64,000 nt of DNA from Bacteroidales bacterium (GCA_963676725.1 OY781463.1:1550991-1614990), one strand, 5' to 3'; positions 1-8,682 are shown, counted from the first letter of the stretch. Notes: generated by a model not told the origin, from the letters alone. Made by a program: numbers and translations.

Positions 1-1218
1 CGCCTGGAGAAACCAATAATAGTATTCCAGGTTAATCGAATAACTGACTTTCCCGGACTTTTTATCCGTGGATTTCGTCCAGAATTTCATGGGTTTGGCC
101 CTACGTTTTAGAACCAAAAAACTGTTCGCCGTCGCAGACAGGTCCTTTCCCACAATATTAATCCAGTCCTTGATATCCTTGCAAGGATTTCCGCGCCAGT
201 CACTTTTCTTTTTCACCCAATCCGGCACCTCCAGGGTGAACATATTGATGTGTTTCAAACCCAGTTTTACCGCATTCGCATTTCCCGTAAAATCGTTATC
301 AAGGATCTGATAATGGTTTTCGCAAAGCCTGTCGATTTTATAAAACTCCTCCTGATCGAAGTTCGCCGATTCAGAATTCAACCAATAGACATGATTTCCC
401 AAACTAGCCACATTTAAAGCATCCGATTCGCCACTACAGCGGAATATATCCCGAACATGCGCTTCCGGCTTGTATTCAGGCGTTAGAATGTCCCCGGAAT
501 CTTCATCCACGAACTCATTATCAGCAGCCTCAATTTGTTCCAGGCCATAGATATAGTCCGGAGATTTCTTGCCCGTGTATACGAAGCGATACTTTTTAAC
601 TAGCTCATGAGGTTTATAGAGTTTTTTAAACGCACCATAATCAAAGAGGAAAATAGGGTAGTCCTTGGTCGCGGTGAAAATATGAACAACATCACGCTTT
701 AGTTTGTCGGAAGGGCCACAATATTCATAAGATTGCACAGGCTTGCAGTGAAATTTTTTGAGCAACGCATTATCCACATATCGCCCAATCGATTCCAGGT
801 CGGATGCCGAAGCCTCCTGTTTAAAGCTAAAATTATAGTCCCCTTTATGATCCGTAGGCTCCATCTCCCGAAAGGAATAATCCGCCATATATTTTGGCTT
901 TATAAAATCCCCGGCCTTAATTTCCTGTTTGATAATAACATTCTGGATAAACTTCAAGGCATCGATAAACACAAGGTTTTCCTCCAGCATCACAAAAGGA
1001 ATCGCCTTCATGCTATTGATCTCAGAAGTATTGCCAAAATCGGTGATCCTCCAGGTTCCGTTATAGAAATTTATCCGGGCACTAGGGGTTTTGTCCTCAT
1101 CGCGTATGCTTAAATAAGCCTTAGGGTTTCCATAGTTATAATTGGGGAAATAGTGCTTAAAGATGTCAAGCCCTCCATCAGTCTGACGGTATATTTCTTC
1201 ATGGTTTATGTACTTCAT
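1..1218 (-). CDS. Phage-type DNA primase (TOPRIM), possibly a primase-helicase fusion; runs off the window edge
   Basis: Absent from the ORF track because it has no stop in the window. Manual translation from ATG 1218 gives MKYINHEEIYRQTDGGLDIF...RDEDKTPSA...TDFG (degenerate CHC2-like), SGESDAL (TOPRIM Glu) and ILDND (DxD). The frame is open to base 1 and the start overlaps the upstream stop (ATGA). Confidence 0.8.
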   Translation of the reverse strand, partial: MKYINHEEIYRQTDGGLDIFKHYFPNYNYGNPKAYLSIRDEDKTPSARINFYNGTWRITDFGNTSEINSMKAIPFVMLEENLVFIDALKFIQNVIIKQEIKAGDFIKPKYMADYSFREMEPTDHKGDYNFSFKQEASASDLESIGRYVDNALLKKFHCKPVQSYEYCGPSDKLKRDVVHIFTATKDYPIFLFDYGAFKKLYKPHELVKKYRFVYTGKKSPDYIYGLEQIEAADNEFVDEDSGDILTPEYKPEAHVRDIFRCSGESDALNVASLGNHVYWLNSESANFDQEEFYKIDRLCENHYQILDNDFTGNANAVKLGLKHINMFTLEVPDWVKKKSDWRGNPCKDIKDWINIVGKDLSATANSFLVLKRRAKPMKFWTKSTDKKSGKVSYSINLEYYYWFLQA

Positions 1219-1553
1219 AGTTTCTTAAGTAGCTTACAAATCAGGAATTCAATAATTGATTCGTCAGAAATATTGCTGTATTGCCTTTCCAGGGCAGTAC
1301 GCAATTTGGCCGCAGTAATCCCATAAGCCAGTCGGCTGATGCTGTTGGGGATTTCCTTTAAACGATAAGCAAAGAAATCGTTTATTTCCACCAGCAGCTT
1401 TTCATCAGACTTTGGATGATGCAATTCCACCACAGGTAAATTATGCCCATCCGAAGACGCAGTTCCGGAATGCAGATTTTCCCAGCCACGAGGCAAGGCA
1501 ATCATAAAAAAGGGTGTATTTGGTTTGCCATGTTTGATCCTAAGATGAGCCAT
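1215..1553 (-). CDS. Hypothetical phage protein
   Basis: ORF track 1215..1589; ATG 1553 (MAHLRIK) preferred; stop coupled to the primase start. Confidence 0.6.
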   Translation of the reverse strand: MAHLRIKHGKPNTPFFMIALPRGWENLHSGTASSDGHNLPVVELHHPKSDEKLLVEINDFFAYRLKEIPNSISRLAYGITAAKLRTALERQYSNISDESIIEFLICKLLKKL

Positions 1554-1625
1554 AATGTTAAGATTGTGCTTTACCGGACCCCAACACAAACCAATGGCCG
1601 GGGTGGGTAAAGCGATGCTGATCAG

Positions 1626-2129
1626 CTAAATCGTTTGTTTTAATTTTTGCGGTACTGTTTTAACAATCAATTGATTGTTCTTGCATCGAAGCGCTAAATG
1701 GTATAGGTGCAGCAATTTGTTTTTGCTCTCCTCATAAGACCTATTTGAAGACATTGGAAGGATGTACTCAAGAGCCGGGCGCATATTTATGATGTGTGCA
1801 CAGATTGGATGAACAGTTTTAAACTCCTTCATATAATCTATTTTGCGCTCAATCTCTTGCAGCTCAATCAATTTTTTCGCAGTGCGGTAAAAAGCCCTGT
1901 CACTCGTTTTCATCAGGATTTTTTTATGAGTAACAAACTTAATAAGCTGCATCATCAGGTACTCCTGCAATTGCTTATGGATCCATTGCACAGCATCCTG
2001 ATGCGCCAGAAAGCTTCCTTTGCGCTCAATGATTTTGCCCCGGGAAGTTACCGTTCCGATTGCCACACCAACCACACCAGTAGTAGGGCAAGGCATATAT
2101 TTCAAAAGATGAAAGTTATTCGGGATCAT
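1626..2129 (-). CDS. Hypothetical phage protein
   Basis: 167 aa ORF with a 4-bp overlap to the upstream ORF. Confidence 0.65.
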   Translation of the reverse strand: MIPNNFHLLKYMPCPTTGVVGVAIGTVTSRGKIIERKGSFLAHQDAVQWIHKQLQEYLMMQLIKFVTHKKILMKTSDRAFYRTAKKLIELQEIERKIDYMKEFKTVHPICAHIINMRPALEYILPMSSNRSYEESKNKLLHLYHLALRCKNNQLIVKTVPQKLKQTI

Positions 2130-2326
2130 GCTGCAGCCTCCTGTTTTCTGCGAATGATTTCAGCAATGCAAGCCTCGCGGAGCTGTGCCAGTCTATCGAT
2201 ACGCTTTTTCGTTTTTGCCGGATCTGTTTCAAACAATTTGCTGTGTCGTTCAATGATTGCCTGATTTGTGTACGCAGCATCCATTATTTCCAAATCGAGG
2301 TCCGTAAAATTCTCAAATGCTCTCAT
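2126..2326 (-). CDS. Small helical hypothetical phage protein
   Basis: 66 aa, operon-like spacing. Confidence 0.6.
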   Translation of the reverse strand: MRAFENFTDLDLEIMDAAYTNQAIIERHSKLFETDPAKTKKRIDRLAQLREACIAEIIRRKQEAAA

Positions 2327-2337
2327 AATTTGTTGGT

Positions 2338-2613
2338 TTAGAGTGGGAAAATATAATGTTTGTTGATTTCGATGGATTTGCCGTTAATTTCAACAATAGC
2401 CGAATAAGGAAAATTATTCAGGATTTTGGCCTCACAAAAAACACCGGAACCATCAGTATTGAAACTGACAGACACATCATCGCTCACGCATAAATCATTG
2501 CGAAATTTTCGCAGTGACAAGCGCTGAAGCATTATAACGAAGAACAGAAATACTATGACGAAAAGCACGCTGATAGTCAGGGTGATTCCTATTAATATGA
2601 GCAGTAGTTCCAT
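2338..2613 (-). CDS. Small single-pass membrane protein
   Basis: N-terminal hydrophobic stretch of about 30 aa followed by a short soluble tail. Confidence 0.55.
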   Translation of the reverse strand: MELLLILIGITLTISVLFVIVFLFFVIMLQRLSLRKFRNDLCVSDDVSVSFNTDGSGVFCEAKILNNFPYSAIVEINGKSIEINKHYIFPL

Positions 2614-2818
2614 TGTTTTTTGATTTGAATTTTTTAAACTCCTTGAATTCTAGCCATGTAGGGAAGTCTTTTTCCGGCATTTCAACCAGAACAGAATTTT
2701 TACTGCCGGAATAGGTATTCTTCAGGATCAGAAGATGCTCCAGAATTGCCCTATTTTCAGGAGAAGGATCCATTCTGATCCTGTTTTGTTGGTAGATAAT
2801 AAGCTTGGATAAATTCAT
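2495..2818 (-). CDS. Hypothetical phage protein (3' end overlaps the next ORF by 119 bp)
   Basis: ATG follows the LuxR gene; the long overlap suggests the C-terminus is an extension. Confidence 0.45.
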   Translation of the reverse strand: MNLSKLIIYQQNRIRMDPSPENRAILEHLLILKNTYSGSKNSVLVEMPEKDFPTWLEFKEFKKFKSKNNGTTAHINRNHPDYQRAFRHSISVLRYNASALVTAKISQ

Positions 2819-2857
2819 CTGCGTTTTTTTGGTAAGTGGTTTATGCGGGGGAACATA

Positions 2858-3412
2858 TTAAATCAGGTTTTTTTCAATAGCAAAGCGCGCCATTCCAACT
2901 TTGCTATAAACATTGATTTTCATCTGAATACGTTTTCGATGAGTATTTACAGTATTAATACTGATGCCTAAGCGATCAGCGATTTGTTTGTCCGGTAATT
3001 CTTCAGCAGTAAGCTTTAAGATTTGTAGTTCGCGAGGGGTGAGGTAGGTTTCTTTATTGACCCATAGCACACCACAAAGATGTTTTTGCGCCTGTTTTGG
3101 ACAAGAGCTGCGCAAAGGGCAGTCAAAATGTTCCGGGACAATGGTGCCATCTTTTTTGATGTCCGCCTCATTATCGAATCCGCCCAATTTACACCAGGCA
3201 TATTTACGAATCCGATCATTGTCTTCGGTGATACCAAGGATATCCAGCCCGATTTGAGCCTTCTTGTCTTCCTCTAGTGCTGCAGCAATTGCGAACTTAT
3301 GCTTTGCCGAAACCTCTTCGAAAGGTATTAAAGAGATTTTCACTTGATACAGCTCATTCTCGTGTACAAGGAATTCGCCATTTGATTTTTGAAAATAGTC
3401 CGGTAGTTTCAT
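2858..3412 (-). CDS. LuxR-type HTH regulator with a Cys-rich N-terminal region
   Basis: LTPRELQILKL...DKQIADRLGISINTVNTHRKRI (LuxR HTH), preceded by EHFDCPLRSSCP...LC. Confidence 0.85.
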   Translation of the reverse strand: MKLPDYFQKSNGEFLVHENELYQVKISLIPFEEVSAKHKFAIAAALEEDKKAQIGLDILGITEDNDRIRKYAWCKLGGFDNEADIKKDGTIVPEHFDCPLRSSCPKQAQKHLCGVLWVNKETYLTPRELQILKLTAEELPDKQIADRLGISINTVNTHRKRIQMKINVYSKVGMARFAIEKNLI

Positions 3413-3627
3413 TATTGAAGTTTTGAAAATATTTCTTTCAATTTTCTGCTTTCAGCTTTATTTTCTTCGATTAATTCTAAAGCAGTTTTTAATACTTTGA
3501 AGCTATTCCTTTTAGCACTTAGTACCATGCTCACATATGAAGGTGTACATCCAACCCTACCAGCTATAGTACTCTGACCGTTAGTTGGCAGCATTTTACG
3601 AAGTTTTTTAAGCTCCCTTTTTGTCAT
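3412..3627 (-). CDS. Cro-like HTH protein
   Basis: QSTIAGRVGCTPSYVSMVL HTH; divergent from the XRE repressor. Confidence 0.75.
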   Translation of the reverse strand: MTKRELKKLRKMLPTNGQSTIAGRVGCTPSYVSMVLSAKRNSFKVLKTALELIEENKAESRKLKEIFSKLQ

Positions 3628-3687
3628 GTTTTTCTAGGATTGATTCACGTTAAGAAATGTTATACCTTAGTTAAGGATTGGTTAACG

Positions 3688-3724
3688 CAAAGATAAAGTA
3701 ATACTTTAGTAAAAAGCAAGCTTT
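3688..3724. promoter_or_regulatory. Switch region: leftward promoter -7 box with operator palindromes
   Basis: TATCTTTG on the minus strand (3688-3695); perfect palindrome TAAAGTA-A-TACTTTA (3694-3708); related AAAGC-AA-GCTTT (3713-3724). Confidence 0.6.
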
Positions 3725-3746
3725 ATTAAAATAAAATTTTCATATT

Positions 3747-4106
3747 ATGCATATAGGGCAGAAGATCAGGGAGTTGATGCGAAAGAAAAATTTTAAGCAA
3801 AATCATTTAGCTGAGAAAATAGGTATAACAACACAGCGGATGGGGCAAATTTTAAAAGAGGATGATATTAGCATAAATAGGTTAAAACAAATATCTCAAG
3901 CCTTGGATGTACCATTTATAGAGTTTTTAGATGATTTTGATTTAATGGAAGATAGTTTGATTAATAGCGAAAAGGTGGAGATGCTACGAGATCAGCTTAG
4001 GGCTAAAGATGAAACAATACAAACACAGAAGGAGCTTATAGCAATATTAAGGAAGAATATTTCAGCTACGGGTGCTAGTGACAAAAAAACGGATGCTTCT
4101 TTATAG
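3747..4106 (+). CDS. XRE/CI-like repressor (HTH plus C-terminal coiled coil, no S24 domain)
   Basis: IGQKIRELMRKKNFKQNHLAEKIGITTQRMGQIL...LKQISQALDV. Confidence 0.85.
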   Translation: MHIGQKIRELMRKKNFKQNHLAEKIGITTQRMGQILKEDDISINRLKQISQALDVPFIEFLDDFDLMEDSLINSEKVEMLRDQLRAKDETIQTQKELIAILRKNISATGASDKKTDASL

Positions 4107-4500
4107 GAAGTAAGAATTAGTTGAAGTCATCCGGCGAAAATCGAGAAACAAAAAAAATGAAATTTCCATTTTGCGTAAATATTATGCAAAAGCATATATG
4201 GGCAAATTATGAGGAAAATGCATCATTTAAGTAATTAACACCTGATATTTTGGAAAAATCGTATTTAGGAATTCAATTAAATAGATACAAATTATGAAGA
4301 GAATATTAACCCAATTAGATAGCTTATTTTCAGGGCTTTATCTTTAATACCTTAAACTTATAATGAAGGAATGAGGCTATGAGCCGCATTCAAAAAAAAC
4401 ACACAAAATTAACCATATAAATTAATGTCTTCCCCAATATGTCTACTCAATTCATACACTCATAAAATACTGTAATACAGTAGATTATAGCGGGTGGTGG

Positions 4501-4519
4501 ATTCCCTTCATCCGCACAA
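4501..4519 (+). other. att site: duplicated tRNA 3' end (tRNA-Leu-like)
   Basis: ATTCCCTTCATCCGCACAA resembles the T-arm 3' half and acceptor end of a tRNA. No tRNA 5' half lies upstream, and a terminator follows directly. Confidence 0.65.
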
Positions 4520-4547
4520 AACCACCGGAATTTCCGGTGGTTTTTTT
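4518..4547 (+). terminator. Intrinsic terminator
   Basis: AAAACCACCGGAA-T-TTCCGGTGGTTTT stem followed by a T tract. Confidence 0.85.
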
Positions 4548-4741
4548 GTTTTATATACTTCCGATTACCCTGTTTTTTTTTCTCTAAATTCATATATGGG
4601 AGAATCAATATTTTCCGGTAAATTGCAAGGCTGTTGTGCAGAATGCAATGGTGTTCAGTTTTTTCCCCATTAACATTTTATAGGTAGATAAGTTGTTTGC
4701 CTGCAATCAGCCGCTTTTTTTATATTTAGCAATCGCACCAC

Positions 4742-4985
4742 CATCCTCGCCCCAGCGAGATATAGCGGATAGCCCGGCGGCTTTGGCCGCAACGCCCAGA
4801 AAAATATTTGTGATTCACATTAGATTATTTATATATTTGTGGTACAAGAAACAATAATTATAATGAACCCTCAAACCCAAATAAGCTGTTTCGTTGATCG
4901 GAAGTGTGTTATAGGAACTCCTGTTTCGTACAAAGTGGATGTATTGGTAATAGGGGTGTCTTATACACAGTAGTTATGTGCAAGC
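4742..4985 (+). repeat. Modular unit copy A (hairpin element, promoter, leader ORF, GTT site)
   Basis: CATCCTCGC..GCGAGATATAGCGGATAGCCCGGCGGCTTTGGCCGCAACGCCC; TTTG(4807)-N21-TATATTTG(4832); leader ORF; TATACACAGTAGTTATGTGCAAG. Confidence 0.9.
4863..4973 (+). CDS. 36-aa leader peptide of copy A
   Basis: MNPQTQISCFVDRKCVIGTPVSYKVDVLVIGVSYTQ*; homologous ORFs occur in copies B, C and E. Confidence 0.55.
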   Translation: MNPQTQISCFVDRKCVIGTPVSYKVDVLVIGVSYTQ

Positions 4986-5013
4986 TTATTGAGCCATCTG
5001 TCAACAAAATAAC

Positions 5014-5280
5014 ATGGATAAAGAAAGAGCAGAAAAATTGATTTTAGAAAATCTCCAGACAATAAATTCATTGGAGAATAAACCTAATTTGAAATGATAA
5101 TTAATGAAGTTAACAATCATGATATTGAAAAATTCAACCATGATTTTATTTTAAAAAACGTAAGAAACCCCTTGGATCAGTTTGGAGGTATCGCATGAAA
5201 ATTTTTGAAATAAAAACAACAAAAGGTGAATATATCAGCGGTATTGCGTTGGATATAGTTACTAAAGGTGAACATATAAG
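5014..5280 (+). pseudogene. Fragmented cassette gene, PAS-like remnant
   Basis: Short broken frames MDKERAEKLILENLQ.../...KIFEIKTTKGEYISGIALDI. Confidence 0.35.
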
Positions 5281-5344
5281 TAGTTGTCTTTAATGCTGGA
5301 GAGAAACACAGACAATATGTCTAAATAGTATAAAAAAAGTTAAC

Positions 5345-6214
5345 TTGACTCGTCAAAACAAAATAAAAATATATTTATCTCAACCTTATCCTTTTTATTA
5401 TCGAGGAAATAATCTTTGGATAATAGCTGGTCTTTTATTTTTAATGTCCGTTACGTTCAATTATATTTTTGAACCTTTTAATGTGTATGTGCCTGAGCAT
5501 AAGTTCAACTACTTTTGGATATCGTTTATTCATGCCTGCAGTCCTGCATTAATTATTGGTTTATTCTCCATATATCCAACAAAACCAAAAACCGAAGAAA
5601 ACTGGAGTGTTCAAAAGGAAATAATTTTGATAGCGTTTTTTCTTTTATTGGTGGGTATTGCTCAATTTTTAATTCGTGATTTCATTTACAATAACCCGAA
5701 TAATTGGTCCTGGCGTTATTTATATGAAGAAATTAGAAATTCATTTTTAATAGGAAGCCTATTTGCAGTATTGTTAACATCCTTAAATCACAACAGGTTA
5801 AATAAAAAGCACATAAAGAACGCCAATGCCATAAATCTTTCCCATAGGGTTAAAAAAGCTAAAACTAATCTTTCTGTTTTAATTACAACTCAATTGAAAA
5901 GTGATGACTTTAAATTGAATTTGGATAGTTTTCTATTTGCTAAAGCTGAAGGAAACTATGTTGTATTGTTTTTAAATGAGCATGCTACTAACAAATTAAT
6001 AAAACGAATTACATTAAAAGAATTAGAAAAAATTCTAACCCCATATTCAAACATCAAAAAAACCCATAGGTCATACCTGGTTAATTTACACCAGATAAAA
6101 AGTGTTACAGGTAATGCGCAAGGATATAAATTAGAACTCAATAATTACCACGAAAAGATACCTGTTTCCAGAAACATGATTAAAGAATTTGAATCAAAGT
6201 TTAATGCTGTTTAA
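5345..6214 (+). CDS. Membrane-anchored LytTR DNA-binding regulator
   Basis: Four TM segments, then FAKAEGNYV...ITLKELE...KTHRSYLVNL...IPVSR. Confidence 0.9.
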   Translation: MTRQNKIKIYLSQPYPFYYRGNNLWIIAGLLFLMSVTFNYIFEPFNVYVPEHKFNYFWISFIHACSPALIIGLFSIYPTKPKTEENWSVQKEIILIAFFLLLVGIAQFLIRDFIYNNPNNWSWRYLYEEIRNSFLIGSLFAVLLTSLNHNRLNKKHIKNANAINLSHRVKKAKTNLSVLITTQLKSDDFKLNLDSFLFAKAEGNYVVLFLNEHATNKLIKRITLKELEKILTPYSNIKKTHRSYLVNLHQIKSVTGNAQGYKLELNNYHEKIPVSRNMIKEFESKFNAV

Positions 6215-6226
6215 TTCAATATTTGC

Positions 6227-6260
6227 TATTCGTCACAAAAGCTTGTCAGTCGAACCAAAA
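6227..6260 (+). promoter_or_regulatory. Putative LytTR direct-repeat site
   Basis: TATTCGTCACAAAA and CAGTCGAACCAAAA, 20 bp apart, upstream of the acyltransferase. Confidence 0.4.
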
Positions 6261-6309
6261 CAGTTTTTTGCGTTGAGTATCAAATTACTTTTAACCAAAA
6301 ATTAAAATT

Positions 6310-7437
6310 ATGCGTAGATACGATTTAGATTGGTTAAGAGTGATAGTTTTTGCATTACTCATTTTTTATCATGTCGGAATGTTTTTTGTTCCATGGGATT
6401 TTCATATTAAGAACAACAATATTTACCATTGGCTAATATATCCGATGTGGTTTTTGAATCAATGGCGATTACCTATTTTATTTGTTATTTCAGGTATGGG
6501 GACTTATTATGCCTTGCAAAAAAGAACAGGAAAGCAATTTGCATGGGAACGAATAAAAAGGCTTTACATACCTTTAAATGTTGGCATGCTTTTAATCATT
6601 CCACCTCAAGTATATATCGAAAGACAGGTTAACAGTCAATTTATAGGAAGTTATTTTGACTTTTGGCCTTCTAAAGCATTTATTGGAATATATCCGAATG
6701 GAAATATGAGTTGGCATCATCTGTGGTTTTTGCCCTATTTATTATTGTTTTCTTTAATTCTAATGCCTTTGTTTTTATACTTAAAAAATCATCCAAACAA
6801 CGTTTTTATTACATGGTTAAATAACCTAATTAAAAACCCTTTAGGTTTGTATGTTTTCATCATTCCCTTGTATTTTATTGAAGCCTTTATTGAGCCATTT
6901 TTTCCAGTAACTCACGCCTTAATTGGCGATTGGTTTACAATTATTAACTGTATAACACTTTTCTTTTATGGATTTTTATTGATAACTGTTAAAAATTCTT
7001 TCTGGTTAGCAGTTGAGAATTTTCGAAAACGCTTTTTACTAACAGGAATAATAAGTTTTGCAATCATGTTATTAATAACCCACAATTTTAAGGACTCCGA
7101 CATTAGGCATTTTACAGAGGCTTTTTTTAAAGTTTTAAACTTATGGTCATGGATTTTAGCTTTATTTGGATTTGCTGCTAAACATTTTAATAAGAATAGC
7201 AAAATATTGAGCTATTCAAACGAAGCTGTTTATCCATTTTATATATTACATCAATCTGCAATGATAGTAGTTGCTTATTTTCTTATAGATTTAAATTGGT
7301 CGTTAGGATTAAAAGCTTCAATAATGATTTTAGGAACATTCGGGATATCATGGTTACTTTATGAGTTCCTAATTCGCAGATGGAAATATATAAGACCATT
7401 GTTTGGATTAAAGAAAGCACTAAAAGACAACAATTAA
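6310..7437 (+). CDS. Acyltransferase-3 family (OpgC/MdoC-like) membrane protein
   Basis: RRYDLDWLRV...FYH, LFVISG, HHLWFLPYL, YPFYILHQ; about 10 TM segments. Confidence 0.9.
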   Translation: MRRYDLDWLRVIVFALLIFYHVGMFFVPWDFHIKNNNIYHWLIYPMWFLNQWRLPILFVISGMGTYYALQKRTGKQFAWERIKRLYIPLNVGMLLIIPPQVYIERQVNSQFIGSYFDFWPSKAFIGIYPNGNMSWHHLWFLPYLLLFSLILMPLFLYLKNHPNNVFITWLNNLIKNPLGLYVFIIPLYFIEAFIEPFFPVTHALIGDWFTIINCITLFFYGFLLITVKNSFWLAVENFRKRFLLTGIISFAIMLLITHNFKDSDIRHFTEAFFKVLNLWSWILALFGFAAKHFNKNSKILSYSNEAVYPFYILHQSAMIVVAYFLIDLNWSLGLKASIMILGTFGISWLLYEFLIRRWKYIRPLFGLKKALKDNN

Positions 7438-7578
7438 GCATCGTTTTTCGGCCTGAGCCGGAATATGTGCTTTGTGTTGAACGAAACTGGTGAACAACAT
7501 ATACTGGGGAATCAATTTTCCGTATTTTTTCTGCAAAATGGCCATTGTCGTGAGAATTTTCACCTTGCGACAGCTTTT

Positions 7579-7780
7579 GGCGGCTTTGGCCGTAACGCCC
7601 AAAAAAATATTTGTGATTCACATTATATTATTTAAATTTGTAGTGCAAGAAACAATATTGATAATGAACACTCAAACCCCAATAAGCTATTTTCTTGATA
7701 GGAAGTGTGTTAATCTTATTTTGTATATTGTAGGTGTGTTGGTGATTGAGGGGGATATATTGTAATTAGTAGCCAGTTGA
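7579..7780 (+). repeat. Modular unit copy B
   Basis: GGCGGCTTTGGCCGTAACGCCC; TTTG-N19-TAAATTTG; TGTGATTCACA; leader ORF 7664-7765. Confidence 0.9.
7664..7765 (+). CDS. 33-aa leader peptide of copy B
   Basis: MNTQTPISYFLDRKCVNLILYIVGVLVIEGDIL*. Confidence 0.5.
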   Translation: MNTQTPISYFLDRKCVNLILYIVGVLVIEGDIL

Positions 7781-7800
7781 ACAAAACTAATTTAACCAAA

Positions 7801-8355
7801 ATGACAGAAATAAAACATAAAAACTTAGGTATTTGGGATGTTCAAAAAAAATCTGAATACTGGAAAGTGTTGGCGAAAAATATACATGCAGATTTTAAAA
7901 TAATAACAACAGTTTCAAAAGACTTCAATAGATTGGTTTTAAAAGTAGAATATAAGAATGTATTTATTTCTTTTACTGAAACTGATACAAAACCTCTTTT
8001 TGTTAATTGTGAATTTGCTCGATCCAGAAACCTGACTTGGTTTGAAATATCGAAAAGTGATTTTATTGAGAGATTAATGAATAAGTTTAGCAAAAGCAAG
8101 ATAAACTCAAGCAATATAGAGTTTAATAAGAAGTACATTTCAAAAACAATTAATAACTATAAAATCAAGTCGATTATCAATAATAAAATCATTACCGAGA
8201 TGATTCTAAAACAAGACTTAACGTTTATCGGTGGAGAAAAAGGGAAAAATGGAGACTTTATTTTAAGGTTAAACATTCATAGAAACGTAAATAATCTGCC
8301 ACAGTTGGAGGCAGTTTATGATTTAACGACAATTCTTATAGATGAATTATATTGA
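7801..8355 (+). CDS. Hypothetical protein (cassette-like)
   Basis: ORF track 7777..8355; ATG at 7801; very AT-rich. Confidence 0.65.
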   Translation: MTEIKHKNLGIWDVQKKSEYWKVLAKNIHADFKIITTVSKDFNRLVLKVEYKNVFISFTETDTKPLFVNCEFARSRNLTWFEISKSDFIERLMNKFSKSKINSSNIEFNKKYISKTINNYKIKSIINNKIITEMILKQDLTFIGGEKGKNGDFILRLNIHRNVNNLPQLEAVYDLTTILIDELY

Positions 8356-8427
8356 AAAAAGCGCCTGAAAAAAAATAGTTCATTTGACAGAAAGTGTAGA
8401 TATGTTTTCGAAATGTTTGCTCGAGTA

Positions 8428-8640
8428 GAAAGCCCGGCGGTAATCCGCAACGCTCAAGAAAATATTTGTAATTCACATTAGATTATTTATATATTTGTGG
8501 TACAAGAAACAATAATTATAATGAACCCTCAAACCCCAATAAGCTGTTTCGTTGATCGGAAGTGTTTTATAGGATATACTGTTTCGTATAGAGCAGGTGT
8601 ATTGGTAATAGGGTGTCTTTTACACAGTAGTATGCAACTA
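8428..8640 (+). repeat. Modular unit copy C
   Basis: GAAAGCCCGGCGGTAATCCGCAACGC; TTTG-N21-TATATTTG; near-identical to copy A through TACACAGTAG. Confidence 0.92.
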
Positions 8641-8682
8641 TTAGAAGATGTAATGCTGAATATTAAAAATATAAACAAATGA
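8521..8682 (+). CDS. Extended leader peptide of copy C, coupled to the next gene
   Basis: MNPQTPISCFVDRKCFIG...; a 1-nt deletion relative to copy A extends it to an ATGA overlap at 8679-8682. Confidence 0.5.
   Translation: MNPQTPISCFVDRKCFIGYTVSYRAGVLVIGCLLHSSMQLLEDVMLNIKNINK

Larger units (their letters stand above)
1..4519. mobile_element. End of an integrated prophage or phage-satellite-like element
   Basis: Primase, a run of small co-oriented ORFs and a divergent Cro/CI pair, ending at a tRNA 3'-end fragment. Confidence 0.75.

Noticed and set aside
68-1113. Plus-strand ORFs 68..310 and 733..1113
   Set aside because: Antisense shadows of the primase gene
4430-4519. Complete tRNA gene
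   Set aside because: Only the 3' end is present; there is no acceptor 5' strand or D and anticodon arms
7283-7765. ORFs 7283..7621, 7420..7602 and the long form of 7490..7765
   Set aside because: They run across the repeat and promoter; only the leader from ATG 7664 is supported
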